From the NCBI RefSeq assembly GCF_000737315.1, contig NZ_JMCB01000001.1, positions 144,001 through 268,000 of the forward strand: 124,000 bases of DNA, written 5' to 3'. The translations under genes and the position numbers were made by a program. The notes beneath the pieces are model-generated. The model had not been told where the DNA came from, did not search any database, and saw only the letters and a list, made by a program, of their open reading frames with translations. Shown one piece after another: positions 106,431 to 117,573 of this stretch. The stretch is from Hyalangium minutum. GTDB taxonomy: Bacteria > Myxococcota > Myxococcia > Myxococcales > Myxococcaceae. Each line of letters begins with the position of its first letter. Position 1 is the first letter of the stretch.

Positions 106431-106906
106431 GTATCGCTTCCCTCACACCCGCCAGAGATTCACGGAACGGCGGGTGTGCAGACAAGCAATGCAAGAGTCG
106501 GACCTGAACATGCTGGTGCGCGTTCGGGCGAGCTGGGCACTCGCCGAACACGTGAACGGAAGCTGGACGTCGGCTGTCGCGGCCTGTCGTCAATTGACGC
106601 GCAAGCGCTCGCGGCTGACGCGTCAATTGCGGCGGCGCCGCAATCACCTGAGCAGCACCAGACTCCCGGCCCAGAAAGCCCAGAGCGTGTGGCGCCAAGC
106701 CAGCAGCAGGGATTGTCAAAAACACCAGCAACCCGCCTTGCCTTGAGCAGACGTTGGGCAAAACTTCGGTGTGCCCCACGCCGACTGCGCGGTTCGGAGG
106801 CCCCCTTCAGCCGCTCTCCGCTGCCACTCTATGCCCCTCCCTCACATGCAACAGTGCCCCCCTTCCTCAGACCGAGAGCGCTTGAAAGCGGCGGAGTGCC
106901 CTGCTT

Positions 106907-106955
106907 GGGAGCGTCGGCAATCGAACCCGCCGCTCGGAGCTTCTGACGAGTCGCC
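106907..106955 (-). repeat. tmRNA-3'-end-like repeat, copy 3 (more degenerate)
   Basis: gggagcgtcggcaatcgaacccgccgctcggagcttctgacgag aligns with copy 2 over ~50 nt. Confidence 0.65.
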
Positions 106956-107275
106956 AGCGACGACAGTGGCGAGCGCGGGCTCTTCGTTTCTCGCTGCTCT
107001 CGATCTGTTCGGTTTCGTGTTGGGGGAACACCGGTCGGTTGCAAGGAGCGTCGCGTAGACGAAGACGCGCGCGGACGCGCCACGCTGGCTCCTGGGCGTT
107101 CATGGCTGCCCCCCGCTGCCATCGACAGGCCAGCAGAAGCCCATGCGCGCGCAAGACGATCTCGAATGTTATTTGGACTCCGCGTTATGGATCGTCCAGT
107201 TGTGCGGCGATACAAGAGGAGGGCGAACCAACACGCCGGGCTCAACGCCAGACGACTTCACCCAGGAGAGATGCC

Positions 107276-107596
107276 ATGTCCCAACTGAGGATCCATGCGA
107301 CCCACGGCTTCCACGCCACGATGACGGCCCGTCCAGGGAAGGCCGATGAGCTGATTGACCTCTTGCTCAGCGGAGCGCCGACGGGCAACGCGAACTGCCT
107401 CCTCTACCTCGTCGGGCGCTCGGCCAGCGATCCCAACGCCGTTCACGTCACCGAAGGCTGGACCACCCAAGAGGCCCACGCCGAGAACTTCGCGCGCGCG
107501 CAGTCGCAGTCGCTGGTCGCCAAGATCGCGCCGCTCGTGACTGGCGGCGCCCACTATCAGGACGTCATCACGATGGGAGGCACGCTCCGCAGATGA
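107276..107596 (+). CDS. ABM (antibiotic biosynthesis monooxygenase) domain protein
   Basis: ARPGKADEL, CLLY.V, VTEGW.T.EAH. Confidence 0.8.
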   Translation: MSQLRIHATHGFHATMTARPGKADELIDLLLSGAPTGNANCLLYLVGRSASDPNAVHVTEGWTTQEAHAENFARAQSQSLVAKIAPLVTGGAHYQDVITMGGTLRR

Positions 107597-107712
107597 CCAG
107601 GGGGCGGCGACGCTCCACGAGCGACGACGTCTCCGCGAGGAGCACGGTCGTCAAATCATCCATCGCGCGCTGCAACAGCTACGGCGCCCAGCTCTGAACT
107701 CTGAAACGGAGA

Positions 107713-108462
107713 ATGTCTATGAAGAATGTCCTCATTACGGGTTGCTCTTCCGGGTACGGCCTCGAAACGGCGCGCTACTTCCACGAACGAGGCTGGCGCG
107801 TCGTTGCCACCATGCGAAAGCCGCGTGAAGACGTGCTGCCGCGCTCGGAGCGCCTTCGAATCGTTGCTCTCGACGTGACAAACGCCGCGAGCATCCAGGC
107901 GGCGATCGAAGCGAGCGGACCGATCGACGTCCTCGTCAACAACGCGGGCATCGGCGCCATCGGCGCGTTCGAGGCGATGCCGATGTCGATCGTGCGCGAG
108001 ATGTTCGAGACCAACACCCTCGGGGTCATTGCGATGACACAGGCCGTGGTGCCTCAGTTTCGACAGCGGCAATCGGGTGTGGTGGTGAACGTCACGTCGA
108101 GCGTGACGCTTGCGCCGATGCCGCTGGCCGCCGTCTACACCGCGACCAAGATGGCCATCGAAGGCTTCACCGCGTCGCTCGCACTGGAGCTCGAGTCCTT
108201 CAATGTCCGCGCCAAGCTCGTCGAGCCTGGCTACTGCCCGACGACCGCTTTCACTCGGAACTCTGGGCCACGAATGGAAGGGAACATTCCGGACGCGTAC
108301 GCGGCCTTCGCTCAGCGGGTTCTCGGTGACTTCACCCAGCAGCCGGTCGTGACGAAGGAGTCCGATGTCGCCGAGGTCGTCTATCGCGCTGCGAACGACG
108401 CCTCCGCACAGCTCCGCTTTCCCGCCGGGTCCGACGCGGTGGCTCTGGCTCAGGCGAAGTGA
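107713..108462 (+). CDS. SDR oxidoreductase
   Basis: ITGCSSGYG, LVNNAG, YTATK. Confidence 0.9.
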   Translation: MSMKNVLITGCSSGYGLETARYFHERGWRVVATMRKPREDVLPRSERLRIVALDVTNAASIQAAIEASGPIDVLVNNAGIGAIGAFEAMPMSIVREMFETNTLGVIAMTQAVVPQFRQRQSGVVVNVTSSVTLAPMPLAAVYTATKMAIEGFTASLALELESFNVRAKLVEPGYCPTTAFTRNSGPRMEGNIPDAYAAFAQRVLGDFTQQPVVTKESDVAEVVYRAANDASAQLRFPAGSDAVALAQAK

Positions 108463-108474
108463 CGGAGTGCATCC

Positions 108475-109413
108475 ATGAACACCCTCCATCTCGTTGATCC
108501 CGCCGTCCGCGACTTCGTCGCCTCCGCAGGCCTCTTCGATCCCGAGCGCGACCCGCTCGAGCTCTTCCGCAAGCAGTTGCTTGCGTCGTACGCGCAGATG
108601 GCACCAGCGATGCCGGATGCACGAGAAGAGCGCTGGGTCCCCGGACTGCGTGAGGTTCGCGTGCTGATGTACCGTCCGAATGCCGGGCCCCCGCCGTCAC
108701 GAGCCATCGTCTACGTGCATGGCGGCGGCTTCATCGCGGGCGCCGCAGAAATGACAGACGCCATGTGCGTCCAACTCGCGAACGAGCACCGCGCGCTCAT
108801 CGTGAGCGTGGACTATCGCCTCGCGCCGGAGAGTCCGTTCCCCGGTCCCGTCGAGGAGTGCTACGCCGCCCTCTCATGGGTCCTGAAGGAGTCTCCCTCT
108901 CTTGGGATCAATCCCGCACGGGTCATCCTGCTGGGACACAGTGCGGGCGGAGGTCTCGCGGCGGCGACGGCGCTCCTGCATCGAGATCGTGGAGGCGCGC
109001 TTCTCGCTGGGCAGGTGCTCGTCTACCCCATGCTCGACGCGCGGACGGGAACGCCGGAGGCGCCCGTCGACAATCCGACCACTGGCGAGTTCGGATGGAC
109101 GCGAGCGATCAACCGCTTCGCTTGGCAGGCAATGCGAGGCGGCGCATCCATCCCGAGCGAGCGCCAAGGTCACTACTCGCCGTCTCTCGCGAGCGACCTC
109201 ACCCACCTGCCTCCGACGTTCCTGGCCGTCGGGTCCGTCGACCTCTTCTTCGAAGAGGATATTGCATACGGGATGCGCCTCTCGCGTGCAGGCGTGCCGG
109301 TCGAGCTCCACGTGTACCAGGGCGGTATCCACGGCTTCGACTTCTTCCCCGGGAGCACGACGGACCGCTTCTCCGCGGAGCTGCGCGCGGCGATTGCGCG
109401 CCTGCTCGGGTGA
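108475..109413 (+). CDS. Alpha/beta hydrolase (HSL-type esterase/lipase)
   Basis: VHGGGF, GHSAGG, HGF. Confidence 0.9.
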   Translation: MNTLHLVDPAVRDFVASAGLFDPERDPLELFRKQLLASYAQMAPAMPDAREERWVPGLREVRVLMYRPNAGPPPSRAIVYVHGGGFIAGAAEMTDAMCVQLANEHRALIVSVDYRLAPESPFPGPVEECYAALSWVLKESPSLGINPARVILLGHSAGGGLAAATALLHRDRGGALLAGQVLVYPMLDARTGTPEAPVDNPTTGEFGWTRAINRFAWQAMRGGASIPSERQGHYSPSLASDLTHLPPTFLAVGSVDLFFEEDIAYGMRLSRAGVPVELHVYQGGIHGFDFFPGSTTDRFSAELRAAIARLLG

Positions 109414-109453
109414 TTCCGAAACACGGGAGACGCGCTATGATATCGGGCCTATC

Positions 109454-110479
109454 ATGCATTCGCGAGCGTCTGAGTCCCCCCTCCCGGAGCCCGCCCACGA
109501 CACGTCCGACCCTCTCGCTGCCGTCATTTCGCTCCTCCGCCCTCAGACGGTGCTCTCGAAGGTCATCAGCGGCGCCGGACGATGGAGCGTGCGATACGAT
109601 GCGCATGAGGATCCCGGGTTTTGCCTCATGCTGGAGGGCTCCTGCTTCCTCGACCTCGACGGCATCGGCTCGATCAAGCTCGAAGAGGGTGACTTCATCC
109701 TCCTGCCCGCCACTCCCGGCTTCACCATGGCGAGTGATCTCGGGATCAAACCCAAGCTCATCAAGCCGACGCATACGAACGAGCTCCGACACGGAACGCA
109801 GTCTGGCCCCCCGACGATGCGACAGCTCGGCGGGTACTTCCGCTTTGATCGCACGAACGCCCAGCTCGTCGTCAGCTTCCTACCGTCAATGATTCATATT
109901 CGGCGAGATGAGCCGGGAGCCACGCGGCTGCGCAGGGTCGTCGAGCTTATCAGCGAGGAGACGGCGGCACGTCGTCCGGGGCGTGATTTGATCCTTGGGC
110001 GACTCGTCGAGGTGCTCCTTGTCGAGGCCCTGCGCTTTCGACCCGCAGAAGCCGCGGGTCAGGAGAAAGGGCTGCTCGCAGGCCTCACCGATTCCGCGCT
110101 TGCCCGCGCTCTTCGGCGGATGCACGACGACGTTGCGCACCGATGGACGGTCGCCGACTTGGCGCGGACGGCAGGCATGTCTCGCGCGTCCTTTGCAGAA
110201 CGGTTCATGCGAACGGTGGGGGTGCCTCCCATGGAGTACCTTCTCGAATGGCGCATCGCGATCGCGAAAGACCTCCTTCGGCGAGAGCGCGTCTCACTCT
110301 CGGAGGTGGCTGAGATGATCGGGTACCAGTCCGCGAGCGCGTTCAGTACGGCGTTTTCGCGCCATGCCGGCTGCTCGCCAAGCGAGTTTGCTCGCTCGAT
110401 GCGCATAGGCTCACAGCCACATTCGAGGGGCCACCCCGAGCGGAGAGGGGTTTATCGTCCGTTTAAAAACGGGGCGTAG
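109454..110479 (+). CDS. AraC-family regulator with cupin_6 domain
   Basis: DPLAAVISLL; WTVADLARTAGMSRASF; GYQSASAFSTAF. Confidence 0.9.
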   Translation: MHSRASESPLPEPAHDTSDPLAAVISLLRPQTVLSKVISGAGRWSVRYDAHEDPGFCLMLEGSCFLDLDGIGSIKLEEGDFILLPATPGFTMASDLGIKPKLIKPTHTNELRHGTQSGPPTMRQLGGYFRFDRTNAQLVVSFLPSMIHIRRDEPGATRLRRVVELISEETAARRPGRDLILGRLVEVLLVEALRFRPAEAAGQEKGLLAGLTDSALARALRRMHDDVAHRWTVADLARTAGMSRASFAERFMRTVGVPPMEYLLEWRIAIAKDLLRRERVSLSEVAEMIGYQSASAFSTAFSRHAGCSPSEFARSMRIGSQPHSRGHPERRGVYRPFKNGA

Positions 110480-110488
110480 GTTGCCAGC

Positions 110489-112264
110489 ATGGAACCACGA
110501 ACCTTCAAGACCGCGAGCCTCAAGAGCTTTCTAAACCTGGTCCTGGCCACACGGCCATCGCTGCCGCTGCTCCTCACAGCCCTGGGGCTGAGCCTGGGCT
110601 CGACGGCGGTGAGCCTGGTCGTCCCCCTCTTCACCAAGAGTATGGTGGACGGCTTCTCACTGTCGTCCCTCAACTTCACCCAGTTGGCGCTGATCGGCGC
110701 TGCCTTCGCACTGCAGGCCGGCGCGGGCAGCCTCTCGCTCTACCTGCTGACACTCATCGGCCAGCGGATCGTCGTCGGCATCCGAGACAGGCTCTGGAAA
110801 AAGCAACTGGCACTGCCCGTCCGCTACTTCGACTCGCACGGAAGCGGGGACCTCATCTCCCGCATGGTCAACGACACCGCCGCAGTGAAGGCCCTCATCA
110901 CCGAGAACCTCTCCGGATTTGTCTCGGGGATCATCGCCTTCGTCGGAGCCAGCTGCCTGCTCCTCTTCCTGAACTGGAAGATGACCCTGGTGATGCTCGT
111001 GGCCCTTCCCATCGGCATCAGCGCGCTCGTGCCGCTGGGCCGCACCATGCGCCGGGTGGCCATGGGCACCATGAACGAGAACGCAAAGTTCACGGCCATC
111101 CTGGCCCAGGTCCTCTCCGAGATCCGCCTGGTGAAGGCCTCCAACGCCGAGCCCCGGGAGTACCGCAAGGGACACGCGACCGTGGAGCGGCTCTACGAGC
111201 TCGGCCTCAAGGATGGGCGCATCCAGGCGCTGGTTGGACCGCTGATGTCCCTCGTGCTCATGGCTCTGCTCGTGCTCGTCGTCGGCTACGGCGGCTTCCT
111301 GGTCTCCTCGGGACAGCTCACTGCGGGCGCACTGGTCGCCTTCATCCTCTATCTGATCCAGGCCATCATCCCCATCGCGCAGATCACCGGCTTCATCACC
111401 CAGCTCCAGAAGGCTCGAGGGGCCACGCAGAGCATCATCGAGCTGTTGGAGCTCCCCGAGGAGAAGCCAGAGGAGGGCCTCCCTCTCGACTCGGCTCGCC
111501 AGCCGATCCGCTTCGAGCAGGTGAGCTTCAGCTACGTGCCCGGCGAGCCGGTGTGCCGGGACATGAGCTTCACCCTGGAGCCGGACACCGTGACGGCCAT
111601 CGTCGGCCCCAGCGGCGGCGGGAAGACCACCCTCTTCAACCTCTTGGAGCGCTTCTATGAGCCCGACTCCGGGAGCATCCGCATCGGCTCCGGGTCCCTC
111701 GATGCATTCTCCCTGGCCTCGTGGCGGAGCCGCCTGGGGTACGTGCCCCAGGACTGTCCCATCATGGCCGGGACGATCCGCGAGAACATCATCTACGGCC
111801 TGGACCGGGAACCCAGCGAAGAAGAGGTGATCGAGGCCGCTCGCATGGCCTACGCCGACGGGTTCATCCGCGAACTCCCCCGCGGCTACGACACCGAGGT
111901 GGGCGAGCGAGGCGTCAAGCTCTCCGGCGGGCAGCGGCAGCGAATCGCCATCGCTCGGGCGCTCCTGCGCGACCCCGACGTCCTCATGCTGGATGAGGCC
112001 ACCTCGAGCCTCGACAGCGCCTCGGAGCACTCCGTGAGGCTGGCCCTGCAGAATCTGATGCGAGGCCGGACGACGCTGGTGATCGCGCACCGCCTCTCGA
112101 CGGTGGTGGACGCGGATCGCATCCTCTTCATCGAGAAAGGACGGCTGACGGGGAGCGGCACCCACTCCGAGCTCTTGGCGAGCCATGAGCTGTACCGGAC
112201 CTTCGCTGAGAGGCAGTTGAGCCTGACCGACCGGGCCGAGGCGCTCGCATCCCCAGCGGCGTAA
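110489..112264 (+). CDS. Multidrug ABC exporter, BmrA-like
   Basis: EIRLVKASNAE, LTAGALVAFILYL, GPSGGGKT, LSGGQRQR. Confidence 0.9.
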   Translation: MEPRTFKTASLKSFLNLVLATRPSLPLLLTALGLSLGSTAVSLVVPLFTKSMVDGFSLSSLNFTQLALIGAAFALQAGAGSLSLYLLTLIGQRIVVGIRDRLWKKQLALPVRYFDSHGSGDLISRMVNDTAAVKALITENLSGFVSGIIAFVGASCLLLFLNWKMTLVMLVALPIGISALVPLGRTMRRVAMGTMNENAKFTAILAQVLSEIRLVKASNAEPREYRKGHATVERLYELGLKDGRIQALVGPLMSLVLMALLVLVVGYGGFLVSSGQLTAGALVAFILYLIQAIIPIAQITGFITQLQKARGATQSIIELLELPEEKPEEGLPLDSARQPIRFEQVSFSYVPGEPVCRDMSFTLEPDTVTAIVGPSGGGKTTLFNLLERFYEPDSGSIRIGSGSLDAFSLASWRSRLGYVPQDCPIMAGTIRENIIYGLDREPSEEEVIEAARMAYADGFIRELPRGYDTEVGERGVKLSGGQRQRIAIARALLRDPDVLMLDEATSSLDSASEHSVRLALQNLMRGRTTLVIAHRLSTVVDADRILFIEKGRLTGSGTHSELLASHELYRTFAERQLSLTDRAEALASPAA

Positions 112265-112282
112265 GCTGGGCCTGGAGAACCC

Positions 112283-112957
112283 ATGGCCAAGATCATGATC
112301 GTCGATGACGATCCCCACATTCGCGAGCTGGTGCGGCACTTCCTGAGCACCGTGGGCTTCGATGTGGTCGAGGCCCCGGACGGCCGCGAGGCCCTGCGCC
112401 TGCTGGAGTCCGTCCGAGCCGATCTGATCGTCCTCGACGTGATGATGCCGCACCTGGACGGCTGGGATTTCTGCCGCGAGTTCAAGCGCCGCAGGGACCT
112501 CCCCATCCTCATGCTCACAGCCAAGGGAGAGACCTCGCAGAAGCTCAAGGGCTTCGAGCTCGGAGCCGATGACTACCTGGTGAAACCCTTCGAGCCGGCG
112601 GAGCTCGCCGCCCGAGTCAAGGCGCTGCTCAAGCGCTACCGCATCGAGGCCTCGCAGACCGTCCAGATCGGAAGGCTGTTGCTGAGCCGCAAGAGCTATC
112701 AAGTTCAGGCCGGGGACGAGAGCCTGACCATTCCGCCAAAGGAGTTCGAGCTGCTCTTCAAGCTGGGCGGCTCGCCGGGCAAGACCTTCAGCCGGGAGCA
112801 GCTGATCCAGGCCATCTGGGGGCCTGACTTCGAGGGGACGGACCGCACCGTGGACGTCCACATCAACCGGCTCCGCGAACGCTTCCCTGAGGAGCGCTTC
112901 GGCTACCGCATCACCGCCATCCGGGGGCTGGGCTATCGGCTGGAGCCCACCCCATGA
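112283..112957 (+). CDS. OmpR-family response regulator
   Basis: IVDDDPHI, LDVMMP, MLTAKG, RTVDVHINRLR. Confidence 0.93.
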   Translation: MAKIMIVDDDPHIRELVRHFLSTVGFDVVEAPDGREALRLLESVRADLIVLDVMMPHLDGWDFCREFKRRRDLPILMLTAKGETSQKLKGFELGADDYLVKPFEPAELAARVKALLKRYRIEASQTVQIGRLLLSRKSYQVQAGDESLTIPPKEFELLFKLGGSPGKTFSREQLIQAIWGPDFEGTDRTVDVHINRLRERFPEERFGYRITAIRGLGYRLEPTP

Positions 112958-114030
112958 AGCCTCTGACCGTGCGAAGTCGATATCGCCTCAAGTTCATGCT
113001 GACCACGTTGGCATTCCTGACGGGGCTGGTGCTCGAATGGACACTCGTGTCGTGGCTGAAGGAGCTCGCACTGGTGGCGCTCGGCGTGCAGCTGAGCTCC
113101 TACGTCAGCCGGCTCATCGACCTGGTGGTCTCGCTCTTTCTCTTTGGCTTCCTCATGTCCTTCATCGGCCAGGCAGTCCGGCGGCAGCCGATGGAACTGC
113201 TCGCGATGCTGAGCGACGCCCTGAGCCGCATTGCCCGCGGGGACTTCTCCGTCAGCTTGCCGGTCGAGAAAGCAGGTGAGGCCATTCCAGAGAACAAGTT
113301 CCACCAACTCGCCACCAACCTCAACCAGATGGCCGAGTCCCTCAAGCGGATGGAAGAGATGCGCCAGGAGTTCATCTCGAACGTCTCCCACGAGATTCAG
113401 TCGCCCCTCACCTCCATCCAGGGGTTTGCCCAGGCCCTCAAGGGCGGCGGGCTGTCGGAGGAGGTTCGTCAGCAGTACCTCTCCACCATCGAGACCGAGA
113501 GCCGGCGGCTCTCGCGCTTGAGCGAGAACCTGCTGAGGCTGAGCTCCTTGGACTCCAAGGCCCACGCTCCCGCGCCGAAGCCCTACCGGCTGGACAGCCA
113601 GATCCGCCACGTCGTCCTCGCGGCCGAGCCCCAGTGGATGGCCAAGGGCCTCGACGTCGCCGCCGAGCTCGATGAGCTGGTCGTGTCCGCAGACGAGGAC
113701 ATGCTGAACCAAGTCTGGACCAATCTGGCCCACAACGCCGTCAAGTTCACTCCACCGGGCGGGCAGATCCGGATCGAGCTTCGGCGCACGGAGGGGCGAT
113801 TGCTCGTGCGGTTCTCCGACTCGGGGATTGGAATCTCGGCGGAGGACCTGCCCTTCGTCTTCGATCGCTTCTACAAGGCGGACAGGTCTCGCAGCCACAG
113901 CGATGCCTCCACGGGCAGCGGACTCGGGCTCGCCATCACCCAGAAGATCGTCGAGCTCCACGGTGGGCAAATCGAAGTCCGGAGCGAGGGCCTGGGCAGA
114001 GGCTCATGCTTTACGGTGACCCTCCCGTGA
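112954..114030 (+). CDS. HAMP sensor histidine kinase
   Basis: SHEIQSPLTSI, NAVKF, DSGIG, GLGL. Confidence 0.93.
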   Translation: MKPLTVRSRYRLKFMLTTLAFLTGLVLEWTLVSWLKELALVALGVQLSSYVSRLIDLVVSLFLFGFLMSFIGQAVRRQPMELLAMLSDALSRIARGDFSVSLPVEKAGEAIPENKFHQLATNLNQMAESLKRMEEMRQEFISNVSHEIQSPLTSIQGFAQALKGGGLSEEVRQQYLSTIETESRRLSRLSENLLRLSSLDSKAHAPAPKPYRLDSQIRHVVLAAEPQWMAKGLDVAAELDELVVSADEDMLNQVWTNLAHNAVKFTPPGGQIRIELRRTEGRLLVRFSDSGIGISAEDLPFVFDRFYKADRSRSHSDASTGSGLGLAITQKIVELHGGQIEVRSEGLGRGSCFTVTLP

Positions 114031-114073
114031 CAGGCGGTGGGTCACCTTGTCTTCACGTAGACACAGCCATCCG

Positions 114074-115332
<1,259 letters not shown>

Positions 115333-115569
115333 CGTAGACAACCCACGGCAGCGGCGAATGCGGAAGCGACGAAGGAGCGCACGCCGCGACTGGATGGGGC
115401 TGGGCTGCTGCGCCGGACTTTCGCGCTGGGAGCGGTGCAGGGGATCCTCGCCAAGCAGGACAGTCCCCTGCTCGCCCCTGAGCTGAGCCGCTCTGACGCG
115501 GCGCAGCAAGCCCGAACGCGCCGCCGCGAACCGAAGCAACTCCCGCTCTCGGCTGGCGAGAATTGGAAT

Positions 115570-116604
115570 ATGAGAACCCAGTCCCACCGCCCCCTCCTCC
115601 ACGTCGGCTCCACCGGCAGCCGCGTTCAGAAGGTCGAAGAGCGCTTGGAGTCGCTCGGCTACCTCAAGAAGGGTGCCGCCGACGACCGCTTCGACGCCGG
115701 CACCGCCAAGGCGGTGGTCAATTACAAGCGCGACCACGGCTGGACCGGGCAGCCGCAGGGGGTCGTCGGCGAGCGGATGGCTCGCTCGCTGAAGCACACC
115801 GACGCCGCCCCCACCGCCAACACCCCCACCGCCAATACCAGCGCTGCCACCACCGCCGGCGGCAAGGGCAAGACCCCATCGACGCTCAAGGGCGCGACCT
115901 ACAACGTCGAGCGCGACCGCAACCCCCAGCAGGTGCAGAAGTGGCTGGGCGACTTCGCCAAGAAGAACAAGCTCGACTTCGTCCAGGTCCAGGAGATCAA
116001 CGGCTACCACAAGGCCCTGGAGAAGATCCCCGGCTACCACCTGGTGACCTTCCCCAAGGCCAAGGACCACGGCGAGTCGGGCATCCTCGTCAAGGACAGC
116101 CTTCTCGCCAAGCACGCCGCGTCCATCCAGGGCGAGGGCGGCGGTTGGACCACCGTGCGCGGCGGCCACGCCCCGCCGCGGGCGGCCGTTGCCGTCCAGC
116201 TCGCAGGCTGGCTGAAGGTGGTCTCGGCCCACCAGCCGCCCTCGGTCGACTGGAAGAACGGGCACCCCGTCGGGCCGGAGAACCGGGTGAAGACCTACGC
116301 GTCGCTCTCCGAGAAGCTGCTCGCCTTCGCGAAGCGGCAGATCAAGAACAACCCTGATCAGGCCCTGCTCATCGGCGGCGACTGGAACGAGCCGGCGTCG
116401 ACCCGGGGGAAGTGGTCGCCGAACTGGATCGCCCAGCAGGCCGGCATGACCACCCACGGCGGCGCGAAGACCCATGGCAACGCCAGCATCGACTGGGAGA
116501 TGTCCCACGGGTGCCGGGTCTCGAACATCAAGGCCGGCCCGACCGGCGGCTCGGATCACAACATCGTCACCTTCTCCGTGAGCCGCCCGAAGGGCAAGCG
116601 CTGA
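115570..116604 (+). CDS. PG-binding domain plus endonuclease/exonuclease/phosphatase (EEP) domain protein
   Basis: GSTGSRV..VEERL..LGY; VQEI, GGDWN, IDW, GSDH. Confidence 0.75.
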   Translation: MRTQSHRPLLHVGSTGSRVQKVEERLESLGYLKKGAADDRFDAGTAKAVVNYKRDHGWTGQPQGVVGERMARSLKHTDAAPTANTPTANTSAATTAGGKGKTPSTLKGATYNVERDRNPQQVQKWLGDFAKKNKLDFVQVQEINGYHKALEKIPGYHLVTFPKAKDHGESGILVKDSLLAKHAASIQGEGGGWTTVRGGHAPPRAAVAVQLAGWLKVVSAHQPPSVDWKNGHPVGPENRVKTYASLSEKLLAFAKRQIKNNPDQALLIGGDWNEPASTRGKWSPNWIAQQAGMTTHGGAKTHGNASIDWEMSHGCRVSNIKAGPTGGSDHNIVTFSVSRPKGKR

Positions 116605-116613
116605 ACCCGCTTC

Positions 116614-117450
116614 TCAGGCCTTCGCATCGAACCCGTCGGTCGAGACCGCGAGCGCACGCCATGCGGCGACCTCCTCAGCGACCTGCCGGTTTTTGGCCTC
116701 GATGCGCGCCAGCGTGTCACTGCCCAGGGGCAGCCTCAGGGGCGGGTTGGCGGCATCCGCCAGCGCCAGGAAGGCCTTGGCCAGCTTGGCCGGATTGCCA
116801 GGCTGCGCGTGGTTCAGCTCCCCTGCCACCGTTCGCGTGACTCCGGACGTGGCGGCGTAGTCGGCGATCGGCTGGGCCACCGAGAGCGACTGCCCGTCCA
116901 GGAAGTCCGTGCGGAAGAAACCGGGCTCCACGACGGTCGCCTTGATACCCAGGGGGGCCAGCTCGACGGCCAGGGCTTCCGTGAGGCCCTCCACCGCGAA
117001 CTTGGTGGCGCAGTAGACGCCCCAGCCGGCGTAAGCGCCGTAGCCTCCCACCGAGGAGACGTTGATCACGTGCCCCGAGCGCTGGCGGCGCATGTGCGGG
117101 AGCACCGCGCGGGTGACAGCCAGCAGTCCGAACACGTTGGTGGAGAACACGCTCTCGACCTCCTTCGCGCTGGCCTCCTCCACGGCGCTGAGCAGGCCGT
117201 AGCCCGCGTTGTTGACCAGGATGTCGATGCGGCCGAAGCGCTGGATGGCTGCCTCGACGGCCGCCTGGATCTGCTCCTCGCGGGTGACATCGAGCCGGAC
117301 GGCGAGCAGCCGCGGGTGGTCTCCGAACTTCGCCTGGAGGCCCTGCGGATCGCGGGCCGTGGCCACCACGGCGTCGCCCGCAGCGAGGACCTCGGCAGTA
117401 ATGAGGGCGCCAAAACCACGAGAAGCTCCAGTAATGAACCAGGTACGCAT
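116614..117450 (-). CDS. SDR oxidoreductase
   Basis: WFITGASRGFG, LVNNAG, YCATK. Confidence 0.92.
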   Translation of the reverse strand: MRTWFITGASRGFGALITAEVLAAGDAVVATARDPQGLQAKFGDHPRLLAVRLDVTREEQIQAAVEAAIQRFGRIDILVNNAGYGLLSAVEEASAKEVESVFSTNVFGLLAVTRAVLPHMRRQRSGHVINVSSVGGYGAYAGWGVYCATKFAVEGLTEALAVELAPLGIKATVVEPGFFRTDFLDGQSLSVAQPIADYAATSGVTRTVAGELNHAQPGNPAKLAKAFLALADAANPPLRLPLGSDTLARIEAKNRQVAEEVAAWRALAVSTDGFDAKA

Positions 117451-117573
117451 GATGAGACTTCCTTTCCAGAAGGCCGCCGGACGGGTTCGTCGGCTGGCAA
117501 AGGAAAGGTAGCGGGAGGCATCTGGTGAGTGAATCTCTTGAATCCTCAATGAGCTGATGAGTTCATCTCAGCA

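Noticed and set aside
103734-106946. 1070-aa plus-strand ORF
   Set aside because: Antisense shadow of the Ig-repeat protein
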